From Squalus acanthias (lineage: Eukaryota), in the NCBI GenBank assembly GCA_030390025.1, contig CM059431.1, positions 141,980,001 through 142,044,000 on the forward strand: a stretch of 64,000 bases of DNA, written 5' to 3'. Numbering within the stretch: the first letter of the stretch is position 1; every line of letters starts with the position of its first letter. Both the position numbers and the translations under genes were made by a program. Under the pieces are notes generated by a model, which saw nothing but the letters and a program-made list of their open reading frames with translations, did not search any database and had not been told where the DNA came from. This document shows positions 1-12,804 of this stretch, one piece after another.

Positions 1-145
1 GGAACTCCCTCCCGAACAGCACTGTGGGATTGTCTCACTATATGGATTGCAGCGGTTCAAGAAGGTGGCTCACCACGACCTTCTCAAGGGCAATTAGGGA
101 TGGTCAATAAATGGTGGCTTTGCCAGCGAGGCTGACATCAGCAGA
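1..145 (+). mobile_element. 3' end of CR1/L2-clade LINE (paralog 32225-32985)
   Basis: GGAACTCCCTCCC...CACCACGACCTTCTCAAGGGCAATTAGGGATG...AATAAAT end; same family as 58285-59330. Confidence 0.7.
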
Positions 146-327
146 ATATTTTTTAAAAACATAACATTGGATATTATACTGAACTTTTAACTCCAACGAG
201 CGGCATTTATCATCCTCTGTTGTTCCTCTACAGTTGACCATCCCAAAGCCAAAGTCTTCCAATTCCTAATTGTTTGTCGTGATTGGGAGACCGAGATAGT
301 ATCGCAAAAGAGGAAAATGGAAATTAC

Positions 328-569
328 TTTCAACTTTTCCACCAAATCCTCGCGTGGAATTCTGCGTAGAGCACTCTTCATCACAGATAAAATCTTTTCT
401 TCGGCCCCAAACTTTCTCTTGATCACATCCTCTAGAATGCAAGCGTCAGCGTTCTCGATTTTCCCAGCCGGGATTCCATAATCTAACAATATGTGTTTGA
501 ACTTTTTCAGCTCATCGGCTGTCAGTTCCTCTAGAATATCTCCAACTCGAAACATGATCTCCTGACAAT
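328..569 (-). CDS. Pyrin-domain (PYD, death-fold) exon, gene copy 1
   Basis: MFRVGDILEELTADELKKFKHILLDYGIPAGKIENAD...LRRIPREDLVEKLK matches the PYD pattern LE.L...ELKKFK..L...IP.G.LE.AD. Pyrimidine tract with acceptors TAG (571-570) and CAG (563-562); donor AAA|GTAATT at 327. Confidence 0.85.
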
Positions 570-644
570 CTAATTAAATGAAAACAAAGGAGGTAAATTA
601 TACTGTAAGACTATGTTTCCGGTATATGATACAATGGCGTTTAA

Positions 645-905
645 GAACACAAGAAATAGTAGCAGAAGTAGGCCATACAGCCCCTCGAGCCTGCTCCGCC
701 ATTCAGTAAGATCATGGCTGATCTTCTACATTAACTTCACTTTACTTCCCTATCCCCATATCTCTTGATTAACCTGTTGTCGAAAATCTATCGATCTTAC
801 TCTTGAATATACTCATCGACTGAGCATCCACAGCCCTCTGGGGTAGAGAATTCCAAAGATTCACCACCCTTTGAGTGAAGAAATTCCTCCTCATCTCAGT
901 CCTAC
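645..905 (-). mobile_element. CR1 LINE 3' fragment (paralog ~33487-33748)
   Basis: Antisense CR1 3' UTR GTAGGCCATACAGCCCCTCGAGCCTGCTCCGCCATTC plus FFTQRVV-type coding end. Confidence 0.85.
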
Positions 906-1424
906 CTATGCAACTCATATTTTTGAAGACTATTAGGGTTTCTGAGGGTTATAACTTGTAATTAGCAGTTCAATATTTGTACTTCATGCAACAAAAATGT
1001 TTAGTTACAGCCCCAGGGCTCTCTTGCGTTGCTAACTCCCACTTATCATGGAAATCTGCAATTCATTAAGAGAGACTGGGATGGATCAGAAACTGACCTT
1101 TCACCCTCTGAGAATTGGGGTCAAATCAAGTACCAGAGAGAAGGGCTGAAGGGCTCCTCTCTCTGGTTGGACAATGGGCTGGGCAGAGAGTCATATACTG
1201 ATTCTTTATCCTGTGGTACTCGGGTTAAAAAACAGCCCCAGAGAGAGGAGCTAAAGTATTCGTCTCTCTGATGGGGAATTAGTCGGCACTGGGACAACAC
1301 TGACCTTTAACCCTTTGTGTCTTTTAGTCAAATCAACTCCACATACTGTGGATGAAGCCACTCCTTCTGTGGTCGGAAATAGATGGTCATTGTGTTGGAT
1401 CATTTCGGTACTTTAACAAATGCT

Positions 1425-1625
1425 ACGATAGTGTAGCGGTTAAAGCACGGGACATGCAATCCAGAGGTCTTGAGTTCATAATCCTACCAATGCAAGTTAT
1501 GAAACTGAATGTGATAAACCTGGCACCAACAATGTAACCATCAAAGCTGTCGTAAAAACCGTGATGTCAAAATCGAATTAGCTCAATAATTCCTGCAGTG
1601 AAGGGACCCTGCTACCACCAACCTA
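1425..1625 (+). mobile_element. Degenerate tRNA-derived SINE (paralog ~34270-34470)
   Basis: A-box TAGTGTAGCGG and B-box-like GAGTTCATAATCC followed by a non-tRNA body. Confidence 0.55.
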
Positions 1626-1784
1626 TGTGCCGGCAAGCGATGCCAGTCCCGGGATGAACAGCAACAGGAGTCTTGCCTGTGTTGCATCCCGAGACCAAAA
1701 GCTGTAACAATTCAAGAGTAAAGATACATGGTCCAACAGTAATGGACTGGGAAGTCACTAAGTTCGAACAGAGAGGAAATGCAA

Positions 1785-2120
1785 GCTTCAGCACACAACA
1801 GCAAAGTAAATGACCAGTTCATCTGTTTGAGCCATGCTGGTTGAGGGATAAATATTAGCTGGGATGCCTTGAAAAACACTCATATTTCCTCTTCCAATAG
1901 TGCCGTGGGGTCTTTCACGTCCACCTCAGATGCTATCGGGGGAGTATGTTTAAAGTCTCAGCAGAAAATCGACACCTCCGAAAGTGCAGCAGTGCCTCAG
2001 TATCAGCACTGCGAGTGTCGGCATAGATTTCGTGCTCCAGTCTTTGTGGGGGCGGGGGGGTATTGAACTTATGACATTCTGATACAGCGGTGAGATTTAC
2101 TGCCCACTGAGCCACAGCTG
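1785..2120 (-). mobile_element. SacSINE1-like DeuSINE (paralog ~34625-34962)
   Basis: Reverse complement has tRNA head CAGCTGTGGCTCAGTGGG and Deu-domain sequence similar to 31475-31885. Confidence 0.7.
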
Positions 2121-2139
2121 CAACCTCCTAGATCCCTTG

Positions 2140-3360
2140 CTTGTTGTGGTATATATCAATGATTTAGACTGCAATGTAGGGGGCTTGATTAACAAGTTTG
2201 CAAAAGATACAAAAATTGTCCGTGTGGTTGGTTATGAAGAAGAAAGCTGCAGATTATAGGAAGATATCAATGGACTGGTCAGGTGGGCAGACAAGTGGCA
2301 AATGGAATTCAATCTGGAGAAGTGTGAGTTAATGCATTTGGGGAGGAATAGCAAAGCAAGGGAATACACAATAAATGGTAAGATACCGAGAAGTGTAGAG
2401 GAACTGAGGGACCTTGGAGTGCATGTCCACAGATCCCTGAATGTAGCAGGACAGGTAGATAAGGTGGTTAAGAAGGCATACGCGATAATTTCCTTTATTA
2501 GTCGAGGGAGAGAATATAAGAGCGGTATAAACTGTATAAAACTTAGTTAGGCCACAGCTAGAATTGAGTGATCAGTTCTGGTCACCACATTACAGGAAAG
2601 ATGTAACTGCACCAGAGAGGGTTTCAGAGAAGATTTACGAGGATGTTGCCAGAACAGGAGAATATTAAATATGAGGAAAGATTGGATAGGAGGAGGCTGA
2701 GGAAAGACTTAATTGAAGTGCATATAATTATGAGGGGCCGAGATAGAGTGGATAGGAAGGGCCTAGATAGAGTGGATAGGAAAGGCCTAGATAGAATGGA
2801 TAGGAAGGGGCTAGATAGAGTGGATAGGAAGGGCCTAGATAGAATGGATAGGTAGGTCCTAGATAGAGTGGATAGGAAGGTCCTAGATAGACTGAATAGG
2901 ACGGTCCTAGATAGAGTGGATAGGAATGTCCTAGATAGAGTGAATAGGAATGTCCTGGATAGAGTGGATAGGAAGGTCCTAGATAGAGTTAATAGGAAGG
3001 TCCTGGATAGAGTGGATATGAATGGCCTAGATTGAGTGGATAATAAGGACCTACTTCCCTTTGCAGAGACGTCAATAACCAGGGGGCATATATTTAAAGT
3101 AATCGGTAAAAGGATCAGAGGGGAGTTGAGGAAACATTTTTTCACCCAGAGGGTGGTGGGGTCTGGAACTCACTGCCTGAAAGGGTGGTAGAGGCAGAAA
3201 CCCTCATCGCATTTAAAATGTACTTGAATATGCACTTGAAGATCCATAACCTGCAAGGCTATGAACCAAGAGCTGGAAAGTGGGATTAGGCTGGATAATT
3301 CGTTTTCGGCCGGCACAGACACGATGGGCCGAATGGCCTCCGTCTGCACCGTAACGTTAT
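2140..3360 (+). mobile_element. 5'-truncated CR1 LINE with internal minisatellite (paralog ~34980-36200)
   Basis: YINDLD, KFAKDTK, DLGVHVH, FFTQRVV motifs; 3' UTR GATGGGCCGAATGGCCTCC. Confidence 0.93.
2735..3046 (+). repeat. 24-bp minisatellite (GGCCTAGATAGAGTGGATAGGAAG) x13
   Basis: Direct tandem units encoding GLDRVDRK. Confidence 0.95.
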
Positions 3361-3569
3361 ATGAATGGATGACAAGGCCACAATAAAATAAAGGCTCACT
3401 GTTAAGCATGGTCTGTTTGTAATCTGTGCTGTTTAAATTGGAAAGATTTCCTATTGTCTTAGGACCGAATTATTTTTTAGTGCGGAGTACAAGGTGCAAA
3501 GACCCGATAGAGCTCCTTCCGGCTCCTGTGTTCTAAATTAATCAGGCTGCGATATTTAAAGATCTCCTT

Positions 3570-4085
3570 TGTGTGTGTGAATGTGTGAGTGAGTGAGTGA
3601 GAGACAGAGAGACAGAGATAGAGAATGCATATGTATCAGTGAATGAATCTGTGTATGTGTGTGTGCATGTGTGTGTGTGTGTGAGAGAGAGATAACGCGT
3701 GTGTTTGTGAGTTACTCTGAGTGTGTGTGAGAGAGAGGCACACACTCACACAGACAGAGACAAAGGATGCATATGTACCTCACTGAGTAACTTGAGTGAG
3801 TGTGTGTGTGTAAAAGAGAGATAAAATTACACAAAGAGACAGAATGCATGTGTATATCAGTAAGTGAATGATTGTATGTGTGAGAGACAGAGATATTGGA
3901 AGCGAGTGACAGTCAGTGCTTGTGTCTGTGAGAGAGACGTAGAGAAAGTGAATGTTTGTGTATATCAGAGTGACTGTTATGTATATCTGTGTATGTAAGA
4001 GAGACAGAGAGACTGACAGAGAGAGAAAGATAAAGGATGCTTCTGTATATCAGTGATTGATTCTGAGTGAGCATGTGTGCGTTTT
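3570..4085. repeat. (GT)n/(GA)n low-complexity microsatellite region (paralog ~36410-36930)
   Basis: Visible dinucleotide runs. Confidence 0.9.
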
Positions 4086-4612
4086 TCTGTGGAAGAGAAG
4101 CAGCAGGATGTTGAAATCTAACCTTTAACCATCGACAACTTCTACACTCCTATACAGACTGGTATTTAACAAGTTAAATTGACAAAGACCCGTGTCCCTT
4201 ATCAGACGTTGCTTCCGACACAGCAAGTGCTGCCTACGTGCGAATTGCAAAAACGTCTTATGCATATCGAGCCAAAGTTGGAGGAAGTGACTTGCCCACA
4301 AACGCAAACCGTTTGCTTCTGTCTCTGCTAGTTGCAGCATTTTGCTTTTACTTTGTATTAGCTCGTGCACACAGATGTTGAGACCCCTTCAGTTTTACTT
4401 TACAAGAACGTTTATTCAAACCCGCTGTGTTTTGATTAAAGTAGCATTGAAGTTCAAATCGCCCGAACCTCCACTTGATGATTATGGGGTCCCGAGCCGT
4501 TTTGAAATTTTAGTTTTGATTGATTCTCCGCGTTAGGTTTCATTTTTCAACTTTGCTCGCTGTCTAATTTCTACCGAGAACCGGTGTCCGTGGATGGAGA
4601 AATGGGACTTAC

Positions 4613-4624
4613 TTTTAACGCCAT
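4613..4624 (-). CDS. Putative first coding exon (M-A-L-K) of PYD gene copy 1
   Basis: GGA-ATG-GCG-TTA-AAA|GTAAGT: strong Kozak, consensus donor, phase 0. In frame with the CAG acceptor of the PYD exon (MALK-EIMFRVGDIL); conserved in copy 2. Confidence 0.6.
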
Positions 4625-5019
4625 TCCGCAGGTTGCAAACCGCAGTCAGCAGAGGCTTGCGATGCAACAATTTCTCACTCTTGCTGACGTATTGCAACCG
4701 CCAAATTGGAAAAATAAGTGTTTGGGAATGTGTGTTACTTCACTTTGATTTGTATTTCAAAACATCTATATATATCCAAGCCATTTCTTAACAACGATAT
4801 TATTTATAAAGATATTATTTATAACGGTCGCTTTGTAATATGAAAGGACCTGTGCACGCTATACTTTCAAATTAAAGATTCTTCCTCTCACTGATATTTT
4901 GAAACCACATAAGAAAACATGGTCCCCTATTTGCACCTGTTAAGTAAAATTAAAGATATTTATTAATCGATACACGGATGATTAGGACATCGTTTTAAGA
5001 ATATGTGTCGATAACCACA

Positions 5020-5290
5020 ATTCACAGACTTAAGATAATGGGCAAAAAAAGGGTAGGGGGATGTAGAGATTGTTTTTATACAGCGAGTTGTTGTGATCTG
5101 GAATGCACTGCCTGAATGGGCGGAGGAAGCAGATTCAATATTAACTTTCAAACGGGCTTTGGATATATATACGCATTGAAAATAAAACTGGGCAGGGGAG
5201 TGGGACCAATTGCGTAGCTCCATGAAAAGGATGCACAGGCACGATGGGCCGAATGACCTCCTCCTGTGCTGTAACAATCTGCGACAGTAT
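5020..5290 (+). mobile_element. CR1 3' fragment
   Basis: CAGCGAGTTGTTGTGATCTGGAATGCACTGCCTG and GATGGGCCGAATGACCTCC. Confidence 0.8.
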
Positions 5291-5644
5291 TCTATGATTC
5301 TAATACACAGAAACCGCCACAGATTTTTATGAAGTGTTCTGCACTTAATGCAGACATATATTAACTTTTATATAACATTAGGCTCCGAGTCCAAATAACT
5401 AAGGTGCCCGTTTGACCTTCACATCTCTTTCGCCTCTCCATCACTTTCATGCTCTCCTTCCCTTCCCGACGACCTTTTTCACGCCCACACTCAGACATTC
5501 TCAGTAACTCAGCCAATTCGAAGATTGAAAAGACTGAAGCAACCCTCGATCCCGTCCGAGCGGCTCCCGTCCCCAGTCAAGACTCTGGCGCTGGGGGATT
5601 GGTCCGGTCACTGTGCCTTGCTCCCCGTTCCCCAGGCTCTGAGT

Positions 5645-5682
5645 GCAGCCCGCCAGGAAGTGTCAGCGCGCATGTGCGCCTG
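5645..5682. promoter_or_regulatory. ETS (CAGGAAGTG) plus NRF1-like (GCGCATGTGCGC) motifs in a GC-rich patch
   Basis: Motif match only; conserved at ~39245-39277. Confidence 0.3.
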
Positions 5683-5849
5683 GATCTCGCTGTCTTACTC
5701 AAATGTTGCTCAAATATGAAGTTCGAGTGCAGTATCATCCGACTCCTAATGTTTCCTTTACATTTCCCAATAGCTGCTTCATGTCGTTTTGATGCGAGTT
5801 GAGTTTTCAAAGCTTTGATTTACAACCCCACCCCCTCTGATTTGAATCG

Positions 5850-6460
5850 TAGAATCATACAGCACAGAGGAGGCCATTCGGCCCATCGTGTCTGTGTCCT
5901 GCTCTTTGAAAGATCTCTCCAACTAGTCCCACTCGCCAGCTTGTTCCCCATCGCACTGCAATTTCAATTATATATCCAATTCCCTGTTGAAATTTAATAA
6001 GGAATCTGCTTGCAACATCCTTTCATGTAATGTATTCCAGAACATATTCTCTGGTTGCCGACCCTCCTGCCAGTTGAAACAATTTCTCATTTACTGTATG
6101 AAAACCCCTCAGAATTTTTAACAACTCAATTAAATCTCCCCAAAACCTTCTCTTCTCTAAGGAGAATAATCCCAGCTTCTGTAGCGTCTTCACATAAGTG
6201 AAGTCCCTCATCCCTATTACCATTCTAATAAATCTCCTCCTAACACTTTCCAAGGCCTTGACATCCTTCCTGAAGCGTGGTGCCAGAACTGAGGCCTAAC
6301 CGGTGATTTATTCAGGTTTAGCATAAATTATTTGCTTTTGTATTATATGCCTGTAATATTATCATCTTATCATGTCACTTTCAAAGATGTGTGTATGTTA
6401 AATCCCAGCTCTCTCTTTTCCTGCTCCCCCATTAAAATAGAGCCATTTAATTGTTATGTT
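5850..6460 (-). mobile_element. CR1 3' fragment
   Basis: ORF 6023-6253 contains LGLFSLEKRR..GDLIE; antisense tail present. Confidence 0.85.
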
Positions 6461-6884
6461 CTGGAATGTACTGCATGAAATGGTGCCGTCCGATTTCACG
6501 GGTGCACCATCCTCAGGAGCCACCCTCAGTAGGATACTGTCCCTAGGTGACCATATATTAATTGGTGGGACCAATCACAGCTGAACAGACCCTGTCATTA
6601 TCCTGAACCCAAACTGGTTCACTGCCCAGCTACATCACTGGGCACAGAATCTGAGCGGGAACACTGGGTAATGTTACTTTCAAATCCAGAAATACTGAGT
6701 GTAATTGTCAGTGTCCCACTGCAGCCGAGACTGAGCCCCAGCCTGGGCTCTTCCTGTCTGTGCATTTCCCCCGTGCCCCATTGGGAACATTCAGCCCCGG
6801 GTATCCTGCAGAACCAGCGCCGTGGGGCCTGGCGGATGAGTCTCGTGACCCTGTTGCTAGTTCTCTGACATCACACTGGGATTT

Positions 6885-6966
6885 TACCCGGAATGCACCG
6901 GAACTTCCTCGTCGATGACGTCACAATAGTTCTTGTTATGCTGACAATGTGCGTTGACACGTCACA
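6885..6966. promoter_or_regulatory. CRE (TGACGTCA, 6916-6923) plus CCGGAA ETS motifs
   Basis: Motif cluster; paralog has CREs at 40481 and 40531. Confidence 0.3.
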
Positions 6967-7029
6967 CACTAGACCCGTCCATCCAATTTCTCCACCCCTC
7001 CTCTTTTACCGTGACATTTGCAGCATCCT

Positions 7030-7640
7030 CCTATTTAGTGAAATCATATGAAAATTCTTATTTATAACTCAACCATGCCATCTACCTCTACAAGAAGTTT
7101 GGCTTTCCTTTGACGATCATTTAAATCTTCATATGTATTTAACAGACTTTTGTGTTCTTTTTTTTGTTACCCACTAATCTTTTCAACTTTTATTTTCCTT
7201 TAAAGTTTCCCTCTAAACTTTTTGTTTTCTGCTTGAATCTCTATGGTATCAAGAGCCTCATATTTATCCAATGGCTCATTTTAGTCTTAATTTCTTCAGT
7301 CATCCAGGAAGCTCTAGCATTGGATTCCCTTCTTGCCCCCCTTAATCTGAGCCTGAAGTATCTCCTCCTTGTACTCCACCCATTGCCCAATACTGTATTA
7401 CCTAATAATTCTTGTTTCCAATCCACCTGGGCATGATCCACTTTCAACTCACTGAAATTAGCCCTCTTCCAGATGAGTGTCTTCAACTTTGATTGTTGTT
7501 TTTTGCATTACATGGCTAATCTAAGCCTAATGATATTGTGATAATTCTTTACCAGAAGTTCTTCCGAAGAAACATTCTGCACATGCCGCATTTCATTCCC
7601 CAGAACTTGATCCAGCCATGTTTCCTTCCCTGTTGGGCTG
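7030..7640 (-). mobile_element. Degenerate internal CR1 ORF2 fragment
   Basis: WKRANFSELK..AQVDW and LDQVLGNE endonuclease/linker remnants. Confidence 0.7.
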
Positions 7641-7849
7641 GAATCATACTGATTATGACCTGTAGTCTTTTTGGGAATTTCTCCCCCTTCTTGCCCTTTA
7701 CAAGGTTTTTGTCTCAATCAGATCTGAGAATCACAGGGACAAAGAAGGGAAGATGTGCAAGGATATGTCTGCCTCGGTTGTAATTTGAACCAAAGAATGG
7801 CGATTCCCATAGAATTGCTCAACAGGTACCAAATATATACACACAGATT

Positions 7850-9782
7850 GTCACATGATATCACACTCCAGCTCTCACACTCCAGCTGCCACATTCTGGA
7901 TGTCACAATCCAGATTCCACACTCCTTAGGGCACGCTGCAGATGTCACACTCCAGTTGTCATACTCCAGATGTCACATGCGTGATTTTAATCTCCAGATG
8001 TCATTCGCAACATGTAACGTTCCAGAAGATACATACCTGGTGTCACACTCCAGATGTCACACTCCAGCTGTCAGACCCCTGATGTCATACGCCAGATGTG
8101 AGAATACTGATGTCACGTTCCAGCCGGTACACTCAAGATGTCACATTATAGATCTCACAATGCTGATGTCATAATGCTGATGTCACACAGCAGATCTCAC
8201 ACTCCAGCTCTCACACACCAGATGCGACACGCCTGATGTCATACCTCAGATCTCACACACCAGATGCCACACTCAAGATGTCACAATCCAGATGTCACAC
8301 TCCTTATGGTACACTGCAGTTGTCACACTCCAGATGTCACAATCCAGATGGAAAACTGCTGATGTCACAGCACTGATGTAGCCCACTAGATATCAAACTC
8401 CAGATTTCACAATCATGATGTCACAATGCAGATGTCACACTCCTTATGGTACACTGCAGTTGTCACACTCCAGATGTCACACTCCAGATGGAAAACTGCT
8501 GATGTCACAGCACTGATGTAGCCCTCTAGATATCAAACTCCAGATTTCACAATCATGTCACACTGCAGATGTCACACTCCAGATGCCGTACTCCTGATAT
8601 TACACTCCAGATGTCATACACAACATGTCACGTTCCAGAAGGTACATACCTGGAGTCACACTACAGCTGTCACAATGCAAATGTGACAATACAGATGTCA
8701 CATTCCAGATCTCACTCGGCTAATGTCACACAGCATATCTCACACTCCAGTTCTCACAATCCTGATGACACACTCCAGATGTCACACTCCAAATTGAACA
8801 CTGCTGCTGTCACAGCACTGATGTAGCCCTCTAGATATCACACTCCAGATATCAATCTCCAGGTTTCACAATCTTGATGTCACACTTCATATGTCACACT
8901 GCAGATGTCATACACCAGATGTTCTACTGCTGATGTCACACTGAACATGTCAACCTCCAGCAGCGACACTCCAGATGTCATACTCCAGATGTCACACTGC
9001 TGATGTCACACTACTGATGTCACTCTCCAGATGCTGCACTCATAATGTTATACTTCTTATCTCGCAATCCAAATGTCGCACTCCAGGTATCAACCTCCAG
9101 ATTTACACGCCTGATGTCACAGTCCTGATGTCACAGTCCTGATGTCATATGCAACATGTCACGTTCCAGAAGTTACATACCTGGTGCTACACTACAGATT
9201 TCACACTCCAGATGTGACAATACAGATGTCACATTCGAGGTGGCACACTCAAGATGTCACATTCCAGATCTCAAACTGCTGATGTCACAGAGCAGATTGC
9301 ACATCCAGCTCTCACACTCCCGATGACACACTCCAGATGTCACACTGCTGAAGTCACACAACAGATGTCATTCTCCTGCTGTCAGACACCTGATGTCACA
9401 CTCCGGATGTCACACTCCAGATGTCACACACCTGATGTCACACACCTGATGTCACACACCTGATCTTACACACCAGGTGCCACACTCTAGATGTTAAAGT
9501 ACAGATTTCACAAACCATATGGCAAACTGCAGATGTCACACTCCAGATGGAACACTGCAGATTTCACAATCCAGATTTCATACTCCTGATGTCACAGTCC
9601 CGATTTCACACACCACATGGCACACTCTAGATGTTACAATCCAGATGTCACACTACTTATGGCACACTGCTAATGCCATAATACTGATGTCAAACTCCAG
9701 ATGTCACATTCATAACGCCATACCTCTTATCTCGCAATCCAGAAGTAACACTCATGATCTCACGCAGCTAATGTAACCCTTA
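7850..9782 (+). repeat. 14-bp-unit satellite (TGTCACACTCCAGA), block 1
   Basis: Many degenerate units with recurring variant motifs. Confidence 0.95.
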
Positions 9783-12700
9783 GATAGAAACATAGAACAT
9801 AGAAAAATAGGAGCAGGTTTAGGCCATTCGGCCCTTCGAGCCTGCTCCGTCATTCAATATGATGCTGGCTGATCCCCTATCTCAATACCATATTCCCGCT
9901 CCATCCACATATCCCTTGACGCCTTTTGCGTCGAGAAATCTATCTATCTCCTTCTTAAATATATTCAATGACTTGGCCTCCACAGCCTTTTGTGGTAGAG
10001 AATTCCACAGGTTAACCACCCTCTGAATGAAGAAATGTCTCCTCATCTCTGTCCTAAATATCCTACCCCGTATACAGAGACTGCGACCCCTCGTTCTAGA
10101 GCCCCCAGCCAGGGGAAACATCCTCACTGCATCCAGTCTGTCTTTACACGTTTCAATGAGATCCCCTTTCATTCTTCTAAACTCTAGTGAAAACAGCCCT
10201 AGTCGACCTAATCTCTCCTCATACGACAGACCTGCAATCCCAGGAATCAATCTGCACTCCCTCTATGGCAAGTACATCCTTTTTAGTTAAGGAGACCAAA
10301 ACTGCACACAGTACTCCAGGTGTGGTCTCACCAAGGCCCAGTATAGCTGTAGTAAGACATCCTTGGTCCTGTACTCAAATCCACTTGCAATGAAGGCCAA
10401 CATGCCATTTGTCTGCCTTACTGCTTGCTGCACCTGCATCTTGCTTTCAGTGACTGGTGTACAAGGACACCTACGTCCCTCTGTACATCAACATTTTCCA
10501 ATCTATCACCATTTAAATAATACTCTGCCTTTCTCTTTTTTCTACCGAAGTGTATAACTTCGCATGTATCCACGTTATACTGCATCTGCCATGTATTTGC
10601 CCACTCACTCAACTTGTTTAAATTGCCTTGAAGCCTTTTTGCATCCTCCTGACCACTCACAATCCCACCTCGTTTCGTGTCGTCAGCAAACTTGGAAATA
10701 TTACATTTGGTTCCCTCATCCAAATAATTGATATATATTGTGAATAGCTGGGGCCCAAGCACTGATCCCTGCGGTACCCCGCTAGTCACCGCCTGCCACC
10801 TCGAAAAACACCCATTTATTAGTCCTGTCTGTTTCCTGTCTGTTAAACAATTTTCAATCCATGCCAGTATATTACCCCCAATGCCATGTGCTTTAATTTT
10901 GCACACTTTCCTCTTATGTGGGACTTTATCAAAGGCCTTCTGAAAATCCAAATACACACATCCACTGGTTCTCCCTTATCTATTCTACCAGTTACATCCT
11001 CAAAAAAATTCCAGTAGGTTTGTCAAACGTGATTTCCCTTTCATAAATCCATGTGGACTTTGTCTAATCCCGTTGATATTTTCTAAGTGTCCTGTTATCA
11101 CATCCTTTATAATAGACTCGAGCATTTTCCCTACTATTGATTTTAGGCTAACTGGTCTGTAGTTCCCTGTTTTCTCTCTCCATCCTTTTTTAAATCGTGT
11201 GGTTACATTTGCACCCACCAATCTGCAGGAACGGTTCCATAATCTATAGAGTTTTGGAAGATGACAACCAATGCATCCACTGTTTCCATGGCTACCTCTT
11301 TCAGTACTCTGGGATGCAGATTATCAGGCCCTGTGGATTTGTCGGCTTTCAGTCCCATTAATTTCTCCAGCACTACTTTTTTTACTAACACTAATTTCCT
11401 TTAATTATTCCTTCTCACTGGACCCTTGGATCCCTAGCATTTCTGAAAAGTTATTTGTGTCCACTTCCGTGAAGACAGAACCAAAGTATTTGTTTAATTG
11501 GACTTACATTTACTTGTTCGCCATTATAAATTCTCCGGCTTTTGACTGTAAGTGACCTGCATTTGTCTTCACTAATCTTTTTAGTTTTACTTACTTGTAG
11601 AAGCTTTTACAGTCCGCTTTTATTGTCCTTGCAATTTACTCTCATACCTTATTTTCCCCCTCTTAATCAAACTCTTCGACCTTTTTTGCAGAACTCTAAA
11701 CTGCTCCCAATCCTCAGGATAGCTACTTTTTCTGGCAACTTTATATGACTCCTCTTTGTATCTAATACCAGCTTAATTTCTTTTAATCCTCCACAATATT
11801 ATTGCTAATTTGGTTTGGCCTGTCTATATGTAGATTATAGTCATGATTACCGTAGTGTCCTTTTTACATGCATTTCTAATTTCCTGTTTCATGCCACCCT
11901 CTACATTACCACGACTGTTTGGAGGCCGATAGGTAACTCCCAGCAATGTTTTCTGCCCCTTGGTGCTTCTTAGCTCCATCCAGACTGATTCTACATCTTG
12001 ATTTTCTGAGCCAATACCCTTTCTCACTATTGCTCTGATTTCATCCTTTACTCACAACGCCACCCCACCTCCTTTTCCTTTTTGCCTCTCCTTCCTAAAT
12101 ATCGAATATCCTTGGATATTCAGCACCCAGCCTTGGTCACCCTGCAGCCATGTCTCCGTAATCACAATTATATAGTATCGGTTTTTCTCTATTTGCGCTG
12201 TTAATTCGTCTACCTTATTACGAATGCTTCCTGCATTCAGATACAGTGCCTTTAGATTTGTATTTTTAAAAATCTTTAGACGTCTTAATTTTTTTTATAC
12301 TATGGCCTTATTTGTCTTACCATTTTTTCTTACCCGGACCCTATTTGTTAGTACACTGTAATGTTTGTACGCTCTGATCCTTCCTGACAGAATCTGGTTA
12401 TCCTTACCCAAATCACTTTCCTGCAATGCTTCCTTGTCTTTTCTTTTTACCATTCTAGATTTATCTCCACCTTGACCCTCCCCCCCCCTTATTTATTTTA
12501 AAGCCTTATCTACCACCCTAGATAATCGATTCGCTATAATTCTGGTCCCAGCTTAGTTCAGGTGTAGTCCGTCCCAACGGAACAGCTCTCTCTTTCCCCA
12601 GTACTGGTGCCAGTGCCCCACGAATCGAAACCCATTTCTCCCATGCTTAACTTTGAGCCACGCATTCATCTCTCTGATCCTATTGTCCCGATGCCAATTT

Positions 12701-12804
12701 GCTCGTGGCTTCAGTAATAATCCAGAGATTATGACCTTTATGGTTCTGCTATTTAGTTTAGAACCTAGCTGCTCCAACTCTCTCAGCAGAAACTCTTTCT
12801 TAAT
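9783..12804 (-). mobile_element. CR1 LINE, 5'-truncated within ORF1, inserted in the satellite
   Basis: ORF1 esterase WDGLHLN, endonuclease, RT (LDFQKAFD, GVPQGSVLGP, FADDTK), TTCTATGT-type tail. Confidence 0.95.

Larger units (their letters stand above)
1..7853 (+). repeat. Segmental duplication copy 1 (left end outside window), paralogous to 32844-41480
   Basis: Collinear high identity at offset 32843 (PYD ATG 555 vs 33398); shared ORFs throughout the ORF track; match ends at ACACAGATTGTCAC. Confidence 0.97.

Noticed and set aside
1425-1492. tRNA gene
   Set aside because: No convincing cloverleaf; continues into a SINE body.
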